In this document: positions 12,053-24,520 of the stretch, in pieces
How the letters are laid out: each line of letters starts with the position of its first letter
Numbering within the stretch: the stretch's first letter is position 1
From: Paraspadella gotoi
Lineage: Eukaryota > Animalia > Chaetognatha
Assembly (NCBI GenBank): GCA_051294375.1
Contig: CM119269.1
Span: forward strand, 21,732,434-21,796,433
DNA: 64,000 nt
Reading direction: 5' to 3'
Program-made: the position numbers and the translations under genes
Notes under the pieces: model-generated
Told to the model about the DNA's origin: nothing
Seen by the model: the letters and a program-made list of their open reading frames with translations, nothing else
The model's database searches: none

Positions 12053-13108
12053 GGAAGAGAGAATGTTAAGATTGATGGAAAGAAACTTGGAGTCAATTAA
12101 AAAACACCGCATAATACGTTAGATGTCATATTTGACAATTTTTTAATGTAAACTGAATACTATTAACGGAATATTACTATTAACTATTAACTATTATACT
12201 ATTAACAAATATTGTAAACAATTAATAAAGTAAATTCCATCATTAAACTGTTTCTGTTGTTATATTTGATTTGATTTGTTTAAATCGCATAATGATTTGA
12301 TTTTATTTATTATGCTGATACCGTAATGCCTTTAACTTTAAGTCAAAAGATTTTTACTTCAGGTAAAAGAATATAAAACGTATCAGCATATTTCAATAAT
12401 TCTTCAGTTATTCTATTAACATTCTTATAACATTCTCACAACATAACNNNNNNNNNNNNNNNNNNNNNNNNNNNNNNNNNNNNNNNNNNNNNNNNNNNNN
12501 NNNNNNNNNNNNNNNNNNNNNNNNNNNNNNNNNNNNNNNNNNNNNNNNNNNNNNNNNNNNNNNNNNNNNNNNNNNNNNNNNNNNNNNNNNNNNNNNNNNN
12601 NNNNNNNNNNNNNNNNNTTGAATTTTAGAGGCAGAAGTAAATTATGAGTTGGAACAGTAAAGACAAAGCAATGATGATGAAGATGATGAAGATGATGAAG
12701 ATGACGATGATGATGATGATGATGGTGACGATGATGATGATGATCATGATCATGACGATAATAAGGTGATAATGATTATCACAGTGAAAATAAAAACGAT
12801 TATGACATAACGTCTATGAAAAATATCAAAAACGTTCATGAAGATGTCGACGACGACGACGACGACGACGACGAAAAGTTGAAGAAAGAAAAAATAAAGA
12901 AAACAGAAAAGGAGGATGGCGATTAACGGTTGAGAATGNNNNNNNNNNNNNNNNNNNNNNNNNNNNNNNNNNNNNNNNNNNNNNNNNNNNNNNNNNNNNN
13001 NNNNNNNNNNNNNNNNNNNNNNNNNNNNNNNNNNNNNNNNNNNNNNNNNNNNNNNNNNNNNNNNNNNNNNNNNNNNNNNNNNNNNNNNNNNNNNNNNNNN
13101 NNNNNNNN

Positions 13109-13143
<35 letters not shown>

Positions 13144-13488
13144 CCTGAAGAGTGCGACGAAAAGAATAATTCTGTTTTTGTCTGTTGTTATCTGTTGTTG
13201 TCGTCGTTGTTGTTTTCTGTTTTTTCCGCGATAAATTTCGATAGAAAAGACATTTGAGTTTTCTCGTTACGAGTTTTTTTTTGTTTTTTTTTTGTTTTTT
13301 TGTTTCTTATTTGTTTTCCTCTTTTATGTTTTACGCGCCTTTGTTGTTTTTTTTTAATTTAGTTCATCTTTTTCCCCCAGAGGGACATTTTCATCCTTTC
13401 CTTCTTTTTTTACATTTTTTTGTGAAAAAATTTTAAATCGGACATAAATATCGATGTGTGACCCAAAAAATTAGTCATGTCCTTTCCA

Positions 13489-13824
13489 TGTCATACCAAG
13501 TCATTCAACGTCGAACACATTTCATATTTAAAATAAGATTTGGATCAACACATCGAAGATCGAATCGGAACCAAAAAGGAAATCGGATCCGTGACTCGGA
13601 TGAAATCAACCGAGGACTCGCTCATTGGATGAATCACCATCGGAACGGGCCAATGAGAAGAAGGGCTTCATGCCATCGGGAAAATGAACCCGTGTCGATG
13701 ATCCGATCGAACTGTATAAATACTGATCGTTTTTGTATCGATTCATTCTGTCTCAAATTCTCACATCGTCTATCTGAGAATAAAATCCACTTTGGTTTCA
13801 TGTTGAAATCTCTGTCTACTGACA
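13489..13824 (+). mobile_element. 5' LTR of an LTR retrotransposon (Ty3/Gypsy-like priming)
   Basis: Inverted termini TGTCA...TGACA, internal TATAAATA and AATAAA, a second copy at 6.1-6.4 kb, and a tRNA-complementary site 6 nt downstream. Confidence 0.7.
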
Positions 13825-13830
13825 TAAATG

Positions 13831-13860
13831 TGGTGGCAGCGGTGAGATTCGAACCCACGC
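13831..13860 (+). promoter_or_regulatory. Primer-binding site complementary to the tRNA-Leu 3' end including CCA
   Basis: TGGTGGCAGCGGTGAGATTCGAACCCACGC; reverse complement GCGTGGGTTCGAATCTCACCGCTGCCA-CCA is the T-arm plus acceptor strand of eukaryotic tRNA-Leu(AAG/TAG). Confidence 0.8.
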
Positions 13861-15944
13861 TCCCGTCCTTTATTCCCCCAATTTTCGCTTCTCTGCTCTT
13901 TCTCGTCTCTCTGGGACTCCTCACTCTACTCTTCATCATCATTTCTCTCTCTCCTCTCCTCCTCTCATCCCCTCTGTTTATCTCGTTCTCCCACAAGATA
14001 TAATCTTCACCTCTCCCCTCTTTATCTCCTCAGCCATTTTTCCTCGCTTTTGGTGTTTGTTGTCCGATCATTGTTGTGTTGTTGTAGTTTTTGCTTGATA
14101 TATGAAAATATTATATAGTCTGTGTCCTAGCGATTAAGTTCGTATTTTTTTCTTTTCACTTTTTTTCTCATCATATTTTACTGTATTATAAACATAGTTT
14201 ATAGGAATTTCGGATTTATTCCAATATTACACTACATCATCGTCTACTAATATTCTGCTTCAACTACTCCTTCCCCGTTCTCGTCTCTCTATCATACTGC
14301 TACAAATACATTATCTTAAACACAGATGGGCCATACCCAACTCTTAACTACCTCTCTCTCGTAGCATTCTACTTCTCTCAAGTCCACGACACCCCGACGC
14401 TGCAACGGGAACCATCAAAAAATCATTACCACTAATATATCTAGCGAACTGAGAATCATGAGGAACATAGTGCGTCATTGGAATATAATGATCGCGACAC
14501 ATGCGCCATGAGAAGAACGAATCGCACGGGCGTAGTCAAACGCAGAAGACTGAACCGCCCCGCCTTGGCCGTAAAGCTTAGTGGTTGTCGGTGCTGCGAA
14601 TGAAGGTCCCACACTTGCTCTTATCGTCGTCCTCCGCCCCCCCGTTCCGCTCCTTTTCTCTCCGCTTCTCTCTCTCTCTCCGCTTCTCTTATCCATCTGC
14701 TTCTTCCTGCTCCTCTCTTTCTCACAATTTATATATATTTGTTTAGCGTACGCAGTTTCGTCATGCCTAACTTGTTAGTATTTTTTCCGGTTATGATCCT
14801 AACTTCCTCTTCGAATCTGGCTCCTCCCCATTTCTTTCACAATGTCTCTCTCTGCTCTCCTCTTTCTTTCCAATCCTTCATGCTCTCCTCTCTCTCTCCT
14901 CTACTCTCTCTCCATTCTCCTCTCTCTTGCTCTCAATAACAATCGTCCTCTCTCTCTCTCCTCTTCTCCTGTGCCGTTGTGGGGCGTTTCGATGTTTATC
15001 AACGTTCTCCTCTGCGTCATCGTTTTCTCTGTTATTTCCTCTTCGCCCACAATTACGCTCGGTCTTAACATTGGCTCACGTCCCCCAGTTCAGTCCAACT
15101 CTCTCATCTCGTCTCCCTCGTCTCTCTCTCTCTCCTCTCTCTCTCCTGTCTTCTCTCTCTCTCCCTCTCTCTTTTCTTTAAACTTCTTCTTTCGTAGTCT
15201 CTCACCCGTCTGTACTTAATCACTCTCGCGTTTTGTCTCAGTATGCAACGATCGGCCAGTCCTTTGTGAGCAGAGAGACGAAGAGGAGAGGAGAGAGAAG
15301 GAGGGAGGAGACCGAATCGACCGAAATGTAGAGACGACGAGGTACGAGGAGAGAGAGAAAGAAAAAGAGAGAGAGAGCAGACAGGAGAGAGAGCAGAGAG
15401 AGAGAGAACGAGAGAGAGAGAGCGAAGAAGAGACAGAGAAAGAAAAGAAGAAGAGAGAAGGAAAGAACAGAGACAGAAAGACAGAAAGATTGAGAATTGA
15501 GATACGAAAAGAACAACTTGACAGATCAAAAGATGTTCAGACAGAGATATATTATTACACTTAAGAAACAAAAAATTGATTTTTAACTAACCTATCAAAT
15601 TAGTCAATAAATTAGTCAAAGATTTGATCTATTAATGAGTCAACCTGTCTTTCCATTTATCCGTCAATCCGTCAACCATTCATTCTATCAATCAGTGAAT
15701 CAACCACTTAATAAATTAAAAATCAATCAATCAGTCAGTCCATCTATCCTTCCCGCTATTAACCAATAACAATTTAATCAGTCAACAAATAATTTAGTCA
15801 ATCAATCAATTAAACAATCCTACAGTAAATCAATGAATCAATCAAAAAATCAATCAATCAATCAAAAAATCAATCAATTCATCAATTGTCTCAGGCTAGT
15901 GATTAAATGTTTCCCGGATCCCTCATTTCCCCAATCATTTTCCC

Positions 15945-15995
<51 letters not shown>

Positions 15996-16350
15996 TCCTT
16001 CTCAATGGAAAAATATCGACCTCGTCCGGCTTACTACCTCTTCTTCTTTGTATTTCATCGTTCTTCTTCCTCCTCCTTCTCCTCTTCCTCTTCCTTCCTC
16101 ATTCAAAGTGGCAGAACGACTTTATCGAAGGAGAAAGGAAGAGGAGAGGATTAAATTCTCACTTTCAAAGCTGAAAAGAAGAGAGAGAGANNNNNNNNNN
16201 NNNNNNNNNNNNNNNNNNNNNNNNNNNNNNNNNNNNNNNNNNNNNNNNNNNNNNNNNNNNNNNNNNNNNNNNNNNNNNNNNNNNNNNNNNNNNNNNNNNN
16301 NNNNNNNNNNNNNNNNNNNNNNNNNNNNNNNNNNNNNNNNNNNNNNNNNN

Positions 16351-16389
<39 letters not shown>

Positions 16390-17139
16390 GGCACAAAAGA
16401 GAGGAAAGGTGAGAGGGAGAAAGGAGAGAGGTGGCTGGGAGAACAGGGTTAACATATAAAGATTAGTGGATATATTTGGCTTGTAGAACAGAGTAAAAGT
16501 AGCAAGGAGAATGGGTTGATAAGTGGAATCGGGTCAACCTGACAAGGAGAATAAAAGCGCAAGGTGGCAATGAGAACAGGACAAAATAATTTAGGAAATG
16601 TGACAAGGACAACGAGATTGTTTTGAAATGAGAATTTAAAAGTAGTAAGGAGAATGAAGTAAAAGTGGTAGAGTGAATAAGCGTAAATGTGGCATGGAGA
16701 GAAGGGTGGGCAACTGGGCATAGCAGGAAGAATGCAAGACAGTTTGCAAGAGTAACAGAGTTAAAACGTCAAAAAGAGAATAAAGAAAAAGAGGCAAGGA
16801 GAACTGGGTCGCCTTAGAAAAGGAGAATGGACCAAAGGTCGATGGGAGAACGAGTCCGCTTCGAATGGAGAATGCGAGAACAGTCCAATTCACGATTGCG
16901 ATCGTGAGTCGTGACCCGGCGAAGAAAAAAAATATTTCTTATAAAAACTTGGACGTGAAAATAGAGTGAATCGTAATTCGTGAGCGTCACCGTTTCACGC
17001 GCGTGAGATCACGAAAGCGTCAACGACGAAGACGACGTCAAAGAAGAAAAAAACTTCCCGATGACCTCATGAGTTCAACTCTTTTTTTTTATAAATTTCT
17101 TAGATCAAAAATTGATGAAAGTGAAAGAAAAAGGGAGGA

Positions 17140-17450
17140 AAAGGGCGGGATTTTTGGCGCAATTTTATAAAAGTGTCCCATTTCATGCTATATTAGGAAT
17201 TTATTAAATTTTAAAGTTTAATAAATAGATTAGAAGGTTTGGGATAAGAATTGGGTAAGATTACGGTTAGTGGTTAGGATAGAGATTAGGATAAAAAAAT
17301 TTTAAGGGTTAGGGTTAGTCGTTATGGTTAAAAGATAAGATTCAGTATTAAGGTTATGCATTGGTATTAGAGATTTGGTAAGATATTAAGGGTTAGAAAC
17401 AGAAATAATGATTAGGAACAGAAATGGATTGCTTTTGGAAAAAAAAGCCT
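17140..17450 (+). repeat. Degenerate (TTAGGG)n tract flanked by an inverted AGAAATGG motif
   Basis: 6-bp periodic ggttag/gattag tract at 17228-17415, followed by acagaaatggattgcttttggaaaaaaaagcc and preceded by aaagtgtcccatttc. Confidence 0.65.
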
Positions 17451-17766
17451 TTTTTTCATGTTTTCTCTCTCCTTTTTTCTCTCTCCTTCTGTCATAACCA
17501 ATTTTCGAGGGGGATGATTCTCCGCGGAAGCGTGAGCTCTTTGGGTTGGTGAGGCTTTTGTTAGCTGAAGTCGGTCTGTCCGGTGGGAAAGAGAGAGAGA
17601 GAGAGANNNNNNNNNNNNNNNNNNNNNNNNNNNNNNNNNNNNNNNNNNNNNNNNNNNNNNNNNNNNNNNNNNNNNNNNNNNNNNNNNNNNNNNNNNNNNN
17701 NNNNNNNNNNNNNNNNNNNNNNNNNNNNNNNNNNNNNNNNNNNNNNNNNNNNNNNNNNNNNNNNNN

Positions 17767-17800
<34 letters not shown>

Positions 17801-20800
17801 TGGGGGTCAAGCAGGTTGTTTAGATGGAGAGAAGGAAAAGAAAAGAAAAGAAAAGAAAAGAAAAAAAATAGAAAAAAAGAGAAGAATTAAAAAAATATTT
17901 AAATATTGTATGAAATAAAAGAAACTCATTTTTTATGATTTCTCAGTGAAATTTCACTAAGTAACCTGCCAAATAAAAACACTACACCTTAAATTTGTTT
18001 AACCTCGTATCTTTTCAGCCAAGTAAATTTCCGTTTATGGAAAAACAATTACCAGACTAATTCCTTTTCTAACCTTTAGCGCAAATAGAGAGAGAAAATG
18101 TTTTAGCTTAAGATGGAAAAAATACATCTAAATATCGATTTCCGTCTAAATGATAATAACGAGACGAATTCTTAAACGAAAGAACAAAATTCAAGGTCGA
18201 ATTTTTTGCTTAATGGCAGAGGATGATGTTAGGGTGTACCAGGGGGGGCGGAGATTGACTGGTCAGGCTGTGAANNNNNNNNNNNNNNNNNNNNNNNNNA
18301 AATATAGCTTTTTCTAATTTTTGACCCACTTAATGAAGGAATTTTTAAAAAAGAAATTATATTTCTTTTTATCAACTTTTTATGACGAATCCAAATCTGC
18401 AAAAAATCTTAGAAAAAACTGTTTTGAAATTAACATTTATTGGTTTAGTACTAATTAAATATGGCCTACTGCGTAAATTGTAAAATTTAATTAATTTTTT
18501 TTATTATATAAATGTTCATTAGTGATAATGTTGGTTCATTCCTCCACTTTTAGAATTTTAATTAAAGTTAATTTAGAAATTTTACTACGCCTTAGTCGTA
18601 CGCCTGTTAAAACGATAGAACGAGGATAATCCCCCTCGAGTGGTGTAAAATGAGGGGAAAACCAAATTTAGTCTGACGCGATGGTAAAGTTTTATATCAC
18701 CATCATTAATTAAACAAACAAGATATTATTTATCATTTCAGATATCATTAACTTCCTCCCCATTTCTCCCAAATACGTAACTGCGACGATTGCTTCTTGC
18801 TTTTCCTAACTTAAGTAGAAGAACTTTCTCTTTCAGCAGAAGTTCGAAATATTTGGCGTGCGCTTCAGCCCTTTTATGGAAATTCGAGATTATGATTATA
18901 AAGTTTACTTTGCCTGAGATCAACCTCAAAAGACGATATCGTTTCTTTTCAGGAAAATTTAACATTCGCGTGGATTTCATCTTGCACTTTTTATAAAACT
19001 CAGCGTGAGAGGTAGAGAGAGGAGGCGAGAGACTGGATGAGAGGAGACCCGAAGAGACCGGAGAGAGAAGAGGATGGGAAGAGAGAGAGAGAGAGAAGAG
19101 GAGAGAGAGAGAGAAACTCCTACGGACGAAGAAAAAGGTCCCAAAAAGCTAAAAAGCGGTTCCTAATTCCGTTAAAAAACAGGTCGGGAAGAGTCTGGCT
19201 CTAGTTTGAGATGGGCTTGCTTGTTAGTTGGATGTTGCCTGTGTTGATTACGAGGAGAGTCTGCTATAATTGGATGTTGCCTGTTGTGAAAGCGGTGGAG
19301 TCTGGCCTGTAGTTGTGATGTTGCTGTTGAGATCCGACGCCTGAGATTGGAGAGAAAGACTGGGCGGGAGCATGTCACGTTAGCACGTGGAAGCGTTGCG
19401 TATTCGTGTCACGAGACGCGTGCGTAGCATGAACCGGTCCGTTTGACCCGAAGCGGTCGGCCGAATTTTTAAAAAAATCTTTTTTTTGTTAAAAAAAATT
19501 CACTAGGGAATTTCTGGTTGAGAAAATTGGAGGAGAAGAGAAAGAACTGAGAGATTGAGACGAGAGGAGAGAGGAGGATATGAGAGAGAGAGACGAGAGA
19601 AGAGGAGAGAGAACGAGCAGAGAGCAAGAAGAGAGAGAAGTGAGAGAGAAGAATGTGGAGATCGGATTTAGATGGCAGGGCAGGGATGAGAAGGCGGTGA
19701 AGGAGAAGATGAGGGTGAAATGTGTGTGTGAATGTGGAAGTGAGAATGAAAAAAAAGGTGAAAGTGGAGAGAATATTGTGAAGTCGAGCAGAAAAGGAGC
19801 TGAAGGCATGTTTAATCTCTGATCGAGAAAGAAGAGACTACTGGCAACGAGGAGGGACGGAGATGAGAGAGAGAGAGAGATTCAGGAGAGAGAAGGGAGA
19901 GAGAGAAGACAGAGACAGACAGAGAGGCCAGAGAGAGAGAGAGAGAGAGAGAGAGTATGCACTGCTTTTGGTTCTTTTTCTGTTTTTTCACGCGGAAGAT
20001 TTTAACGAGAATCGTTTTTTCCGCCTAATCATGCTTGGAGAGAAAGATAATGAGCGAGAGTAGAAGAGAGAGAGAGAGGAGAGACGTCGAGGAGAGAGAG
20101 AGAGAGGATGAGAGAGAGAGAGAGGAAGATGAAAGACGAAAAGAAGAGCTATAGATGAGAGAGACTTGAAAGGCGGTGAAAAGACGGGAAGTGAGAGTGA
20201 GAGTGAGAGTGAGAATCGGGTTGAGAGAACTCAAGAAGACTGAAAAAGAGTTTTGTCTTCAGTTCTATGACAAATATTTAGCAAAGTTTTTTATAAGAAG
20301 AAATAAATGAAGGGTTAGTTACATGGACTTGTTTAATACAGCCGTTTCAAATTAAATTGAATTAGGGTTCAATCAGGGTTCAATTAAATTTGACTTAGAG
20401 TTTTAATAAGGTTTTCATTTACCTCAAAGTTTATTTTGATCTTCTCTCTCTTTCTCTCTTTCTCTCTTTCTTTCTCTCTCTTTCTGTCTTTTCTACCAAC
20501 AATGGATATTCTGTAAAAAAATGTTTCTTTGTGCGCGCGAGTCTCGCGGAGCAACTCTATAAGCTCACTTTTATTGGTCGGTCTGTCGGTAACTGGTTCC
20601 CGTATGTCTGTCCATCTGTCTGTCTTACTCACGTTAAAATAGCACATGATAATTTTGTCCTAAAGTGCTTCCCTCATCTGCCCAAAGGCACAGAAAAAAA
20701 AATCTCAAGGGAAGGCTAGCGCCGCTTCAAGTGGAAATACGACACACAATACCTACACACAATAATTACATACAATTGATAACATTACTTTGAAATTATC

Positions 20801-23301
20801 TATACCACTTCATTGATAGGGAAGCCACGGTATTCTGGGAGTAAATAAATAAGACTCACGTTGAGAGAGTCTTGATTCGAAAGCGTTGCAGGGACCTGCC
20901 TATGTTCCATTATCTTGTAAGAGTTGATGAGGCCTCTAAACCACCAAAAAGCCCCTCGGTTCCTCCAAAGTAGTATTTATTACGCTGTTGCCTCACGGTT
21001 TAGCCCTCGCTTGTACCAATTTCATCGCACAAGAAAGTAGAAAATAAAGTTTGCACGGCGAACACACAGTTCTTTTTTTTAGTCACATAATTCTTTTTGC
21101 GTATTTAATAATACGTTACTTTTACTTTTAATGTTATTACTTCATTAGTTATTTTATGCTTTCTTTTCCTCGTCATCTTCCAGATAATTTGTTTTTACTT
21201 TTAACTTCAGATTTCCTTTTTTATTTTCCGAAATATAACCCATCTTTCCTCTCTTCACAAATAATCTGATTGTTTTCCTTTCTTTTTCTTTTCTCCTTTC
21301 CTCCTTTCTCTCCTTCGTTACTCCCTTTCTCTCTCTTCTGTTTCTCCTAAATTTTAAAATTCGAAATCTTTTTTCCCAATTCTTTTCTCTTTTTAGATTT
21401 TACTCTTTCTCTTCTTGTTGTTCCCTCTATCCTCCTCTTGCATTCTTATCCTATCTCCTCTTCATTCTTTCTATCTCCTACTTCATTCTTTCCTATCTCT
21501 TTTCCATCTGTCTCCTATTCTCCTTCTTCATTCTTTCCTATCTCCTCCTTAATTATCTTTACCTTATCTCCTCTTATTCTTTCCTATGTTCCTCTTCATT
21601 TCTTTCCTATCTCTACTCTTCATCTTTCCTACTCTCCTCCTTCATTTCTTTCTCTATCATCAATAACTTGTTACATTATTGAAGCATATGCCAATACCGA
21701 TAATTCCCAATATTCAAGGATCTCTTTCCTTTTTATCCACCTTTGGTTTATCAGTTTTTAAGTTCAGAAACGCTCGGAGTCAAATGAAGCCTTACTTTCC
21801 TTCCTTTTCTTTCTCATCTACTCGTCTTTCGCTATACCTAAACCCTACCTTTTTTCCTTTAAGCTCTCCTATTCTAATTTTAGTCGCCTCCTTGAAACTT
21901 TTTTTCTCTGTTGCTACCTTTCATTTGTTCCTTATCCTCTCTTGAGTCCTTCTCAAAATTGCTTGCTCTCTTCTGTTGACTCTTTTATTCTTTTTTTTCT
22001 TCTGCTTACTCTATTTCGTTCTTCTTTTCTTCTTTTTAACATTTCTCCTCCTTTCTCTATGCTTTTTCCTCCTCTGTAACGCTCTTCCTTCCCTCAATCT
22101 CTCTGCCTCCGATCTAAACCTCTCTCTTTCCATATTTTTTGCTTCTTTTAACCCTACTCTATTCTCTCATATTGCCCTATTTTTTATTCCTCCAATTTAA
22201 CTTCTCTCTTCTTATATCCATTTTTCCTCCATTTAACCTCTCTCCTTTTTCCACCTATCCTTTTTTCCTCTTCTCTTCCCATTAATCCTTCTTCTCTCCT
22301 GTTTCCTGATCTGTTTTCTCTTCATTTGAACCACATGCTACTACTTTTTCGTTCTTTCTCCTTTCTCTTTTTAACCCTCTCTCTCCTTTCCCTAATTCTT
22401 TTTGCTCCTTTAGTCCTCCTCTCCTCTCCTGTTCTCCTTTTTCCTCTCTCTTTCTCAAATCCCAGTTCAACCCGAAAATTCTCCCTTCAAACTTAAAGTT
22501 AAATCCCGAGTCTATTTGGCCTCACATTTTCCTTCACCAATCTATTTTCTCCGCCTCCTCCTCCTCCTCTCTTACGCCTCCCCCCTCCCCCTCTCCCCGC
22601 CCCCCTCCCCCCGTTATTCTTATCCTCGGTCCCGCCTCCCCCGCACGTTCCTTCGCGAGACCCCATTCCGCGACATTTCCCGCTCTCTTCTCTCTCTCTC
22701 TCTCTCTCTCGCTCTCTCGCTACTCCTCCTCTCGTCTCTCTCTTCTTTTTTCTTTTTCTGCTTTTCTCTCTTTCTTTCTTTCTTTTTCTTTCTTTCTTGA
22801 CTTTTCTTTCTTTCTCTTTCTTTTCTTTCTTTCTTTCTTTCTTTTCTTTCTTTTTTTTTCTTTCTTTCTTCTTTCCTTCTTTTATCTTTCTTGTTTTTTC
22901 CATCGCCTATTTTTTTTTCTCTCTATCCCTGTTTTTGTCCTGCTCTGTCTCTAATCACACTTAACTGCTATCTTCTATCCTCGCTCGTCTTTTATTCGTC
23001 TTTAATTCCTCTTCTTTTTCTCTTCTTCCTTTTTAATTCCACTCTGAGTCTCAAACGACCGTCGACTGTTTCTCCTCTTAGCAAAAGTCAGAGCCGCCAT
23101 AAAAAAGAGGAGTATATATGCTAAATTTGTGGTTTTAGAATAGAATTATTTTGATTTATGACAATAGATTATAATATTCTATTATATTTTTTTCATATTT
23201 TTATCTAGAATCTTTTATGGGTCTTCATTTACATTCAAAACTTATTAATAAGAAAATTCTTTCATTTGCATTTTACACTACAACTTAGCGGTATGCCCCA
23301 T

Positions 23302-23820
23302 TAAAGTGAATGTGAAAATGCATAAAGCTTTTAGAAACATTAAAATTTAGCATATAAAATATGAAAATAAAACAAATATAAAAATAAAACATACATTTTA
23401 GTAGGCACCAGTGAGTCTATATTTATATTATCGGCAGTAATAAGTGCGTTTAATAAGCTAAAATTTCAAGATTTGGCAAGATTTTTACATATAAGAATAT
23501 TGATATAAGCAAATTATAATTTCTAAAAAAACCTTCTTTCATTAAGTTGCGTTAAAAAAGGTTAAAAACTATATTTAAGACGTTGATTTTTCAATTTCAA
23601 ACTTTACAATATAGTTTTTTTATAATCTTTAACCTATTTAATAACACAATTTTTGAAAAAAGATTTATATTTTCTGAATCTGTTTTCAGAATTTAAAAAA
23701 AAAATATTTTGATAATTTGTAAAAAAAGAAAAATAAATTACAGATTAGTATTTACTAATATGATAGTTTTCAAGATATAACTTGCTAAATTTTTGATTCC
23801 AAACTATTCACTTCACCCTA
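23302..23820. mobile_element. hAT-type MITE family A, noisy inverted duplicate of 32256-32740
   Basis: Same termini (taaagtgaatgtgaaa ... cacttcacccta) and noisy ctgcccat-like flanks. Confidence 0.75.
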
Positions 23821-24079
23821 GCTGACCATTGCTCTCTCTACTGCAATGCCCAATTCTTCAACTGTTTTAAAAGGAGTCATGTGTTTTGTGAACTTTTTCA
23901 GCGCCAATCCTCTTTCAATATTGATTTTTGAGGGATTTTAAGATTGTCTTTTGCTGACAGCATAGCATCGTTGGCAGGGTTGGGTAAAAGTTTTAAGGAG
24001 TTCTGTCAATGTTTGGTAATTTAAAATAAAAAAATATATAATAATTTAAGATAAAAATTAAAGTCAATTATTTGATTAC

Positions 24080-24520
24080 GGATTAGATTTAGCGATTAAT
24101 TAATTAATAATTTAAGGTTTAGGCCTTAAGGTTAGTATTTAGGGTACAGGAATTAGATTTTTAGGTTTAGGATCTAGGTTTAGTGATTGGATTAAGGTTA
24201 ATGATAGAGATTAGTTAAAATTATAATATTGGGGATAAAGTAACAGAAATGAGACGCTCTGGAAAAAAAAGCACAGAAATGGGCGTCTCAGGAAGAAGAA
24301 GCCTTAGAAATGGTGCGCCTATGGGAAAAAAAAGCCCAGAAATGAGCGCGCTCTGGGAAAAAACAGCCCAGAAATTGGGGCGTTCTTGCGAAAGAGAGCC
24401 AGAAATGGGCGCTCTCTTCTTCGCGAAAAAGAGAGCCCAGAAATGATGTTCTCTGGGAAACGGAGAGACCAGAAATGGGGCGCTCTGGGAAAAGACGAGC
24501 CCAGAAATTAGGGCGTTCTA
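24080..24520 (+). repeat. Degenerate TTAGGG-like tract followed by a ~31-bp tandem array (~8-9 units)
   Basis: Array consensus agcccagaaatggggcgctctgggaaaaaag at 24243-24520; inverted copy at 31585-32010. Confidence 0.85.

Noticed and set aside
13831-13860. Intact tRNA-Leu gene
   Set aside because: Only the 3' 30 nt are present, CCA is encoded, and the D and anticodon arms are absent in this assembly.
15990-16174. Transmembrane or GPI-anchor exon
   Set aside because: The hydrophobic stretch derives from a CTT/CTC repeat, there is no plus-strand acceptor, and all minus frames contain stops.
17228-17415. True telomere or chromosome-fusion site
   Set aside because: The tract is highly degenerate, short, recurs at several internal loci with the same flanking motif, and shows no head-to-head arrays.
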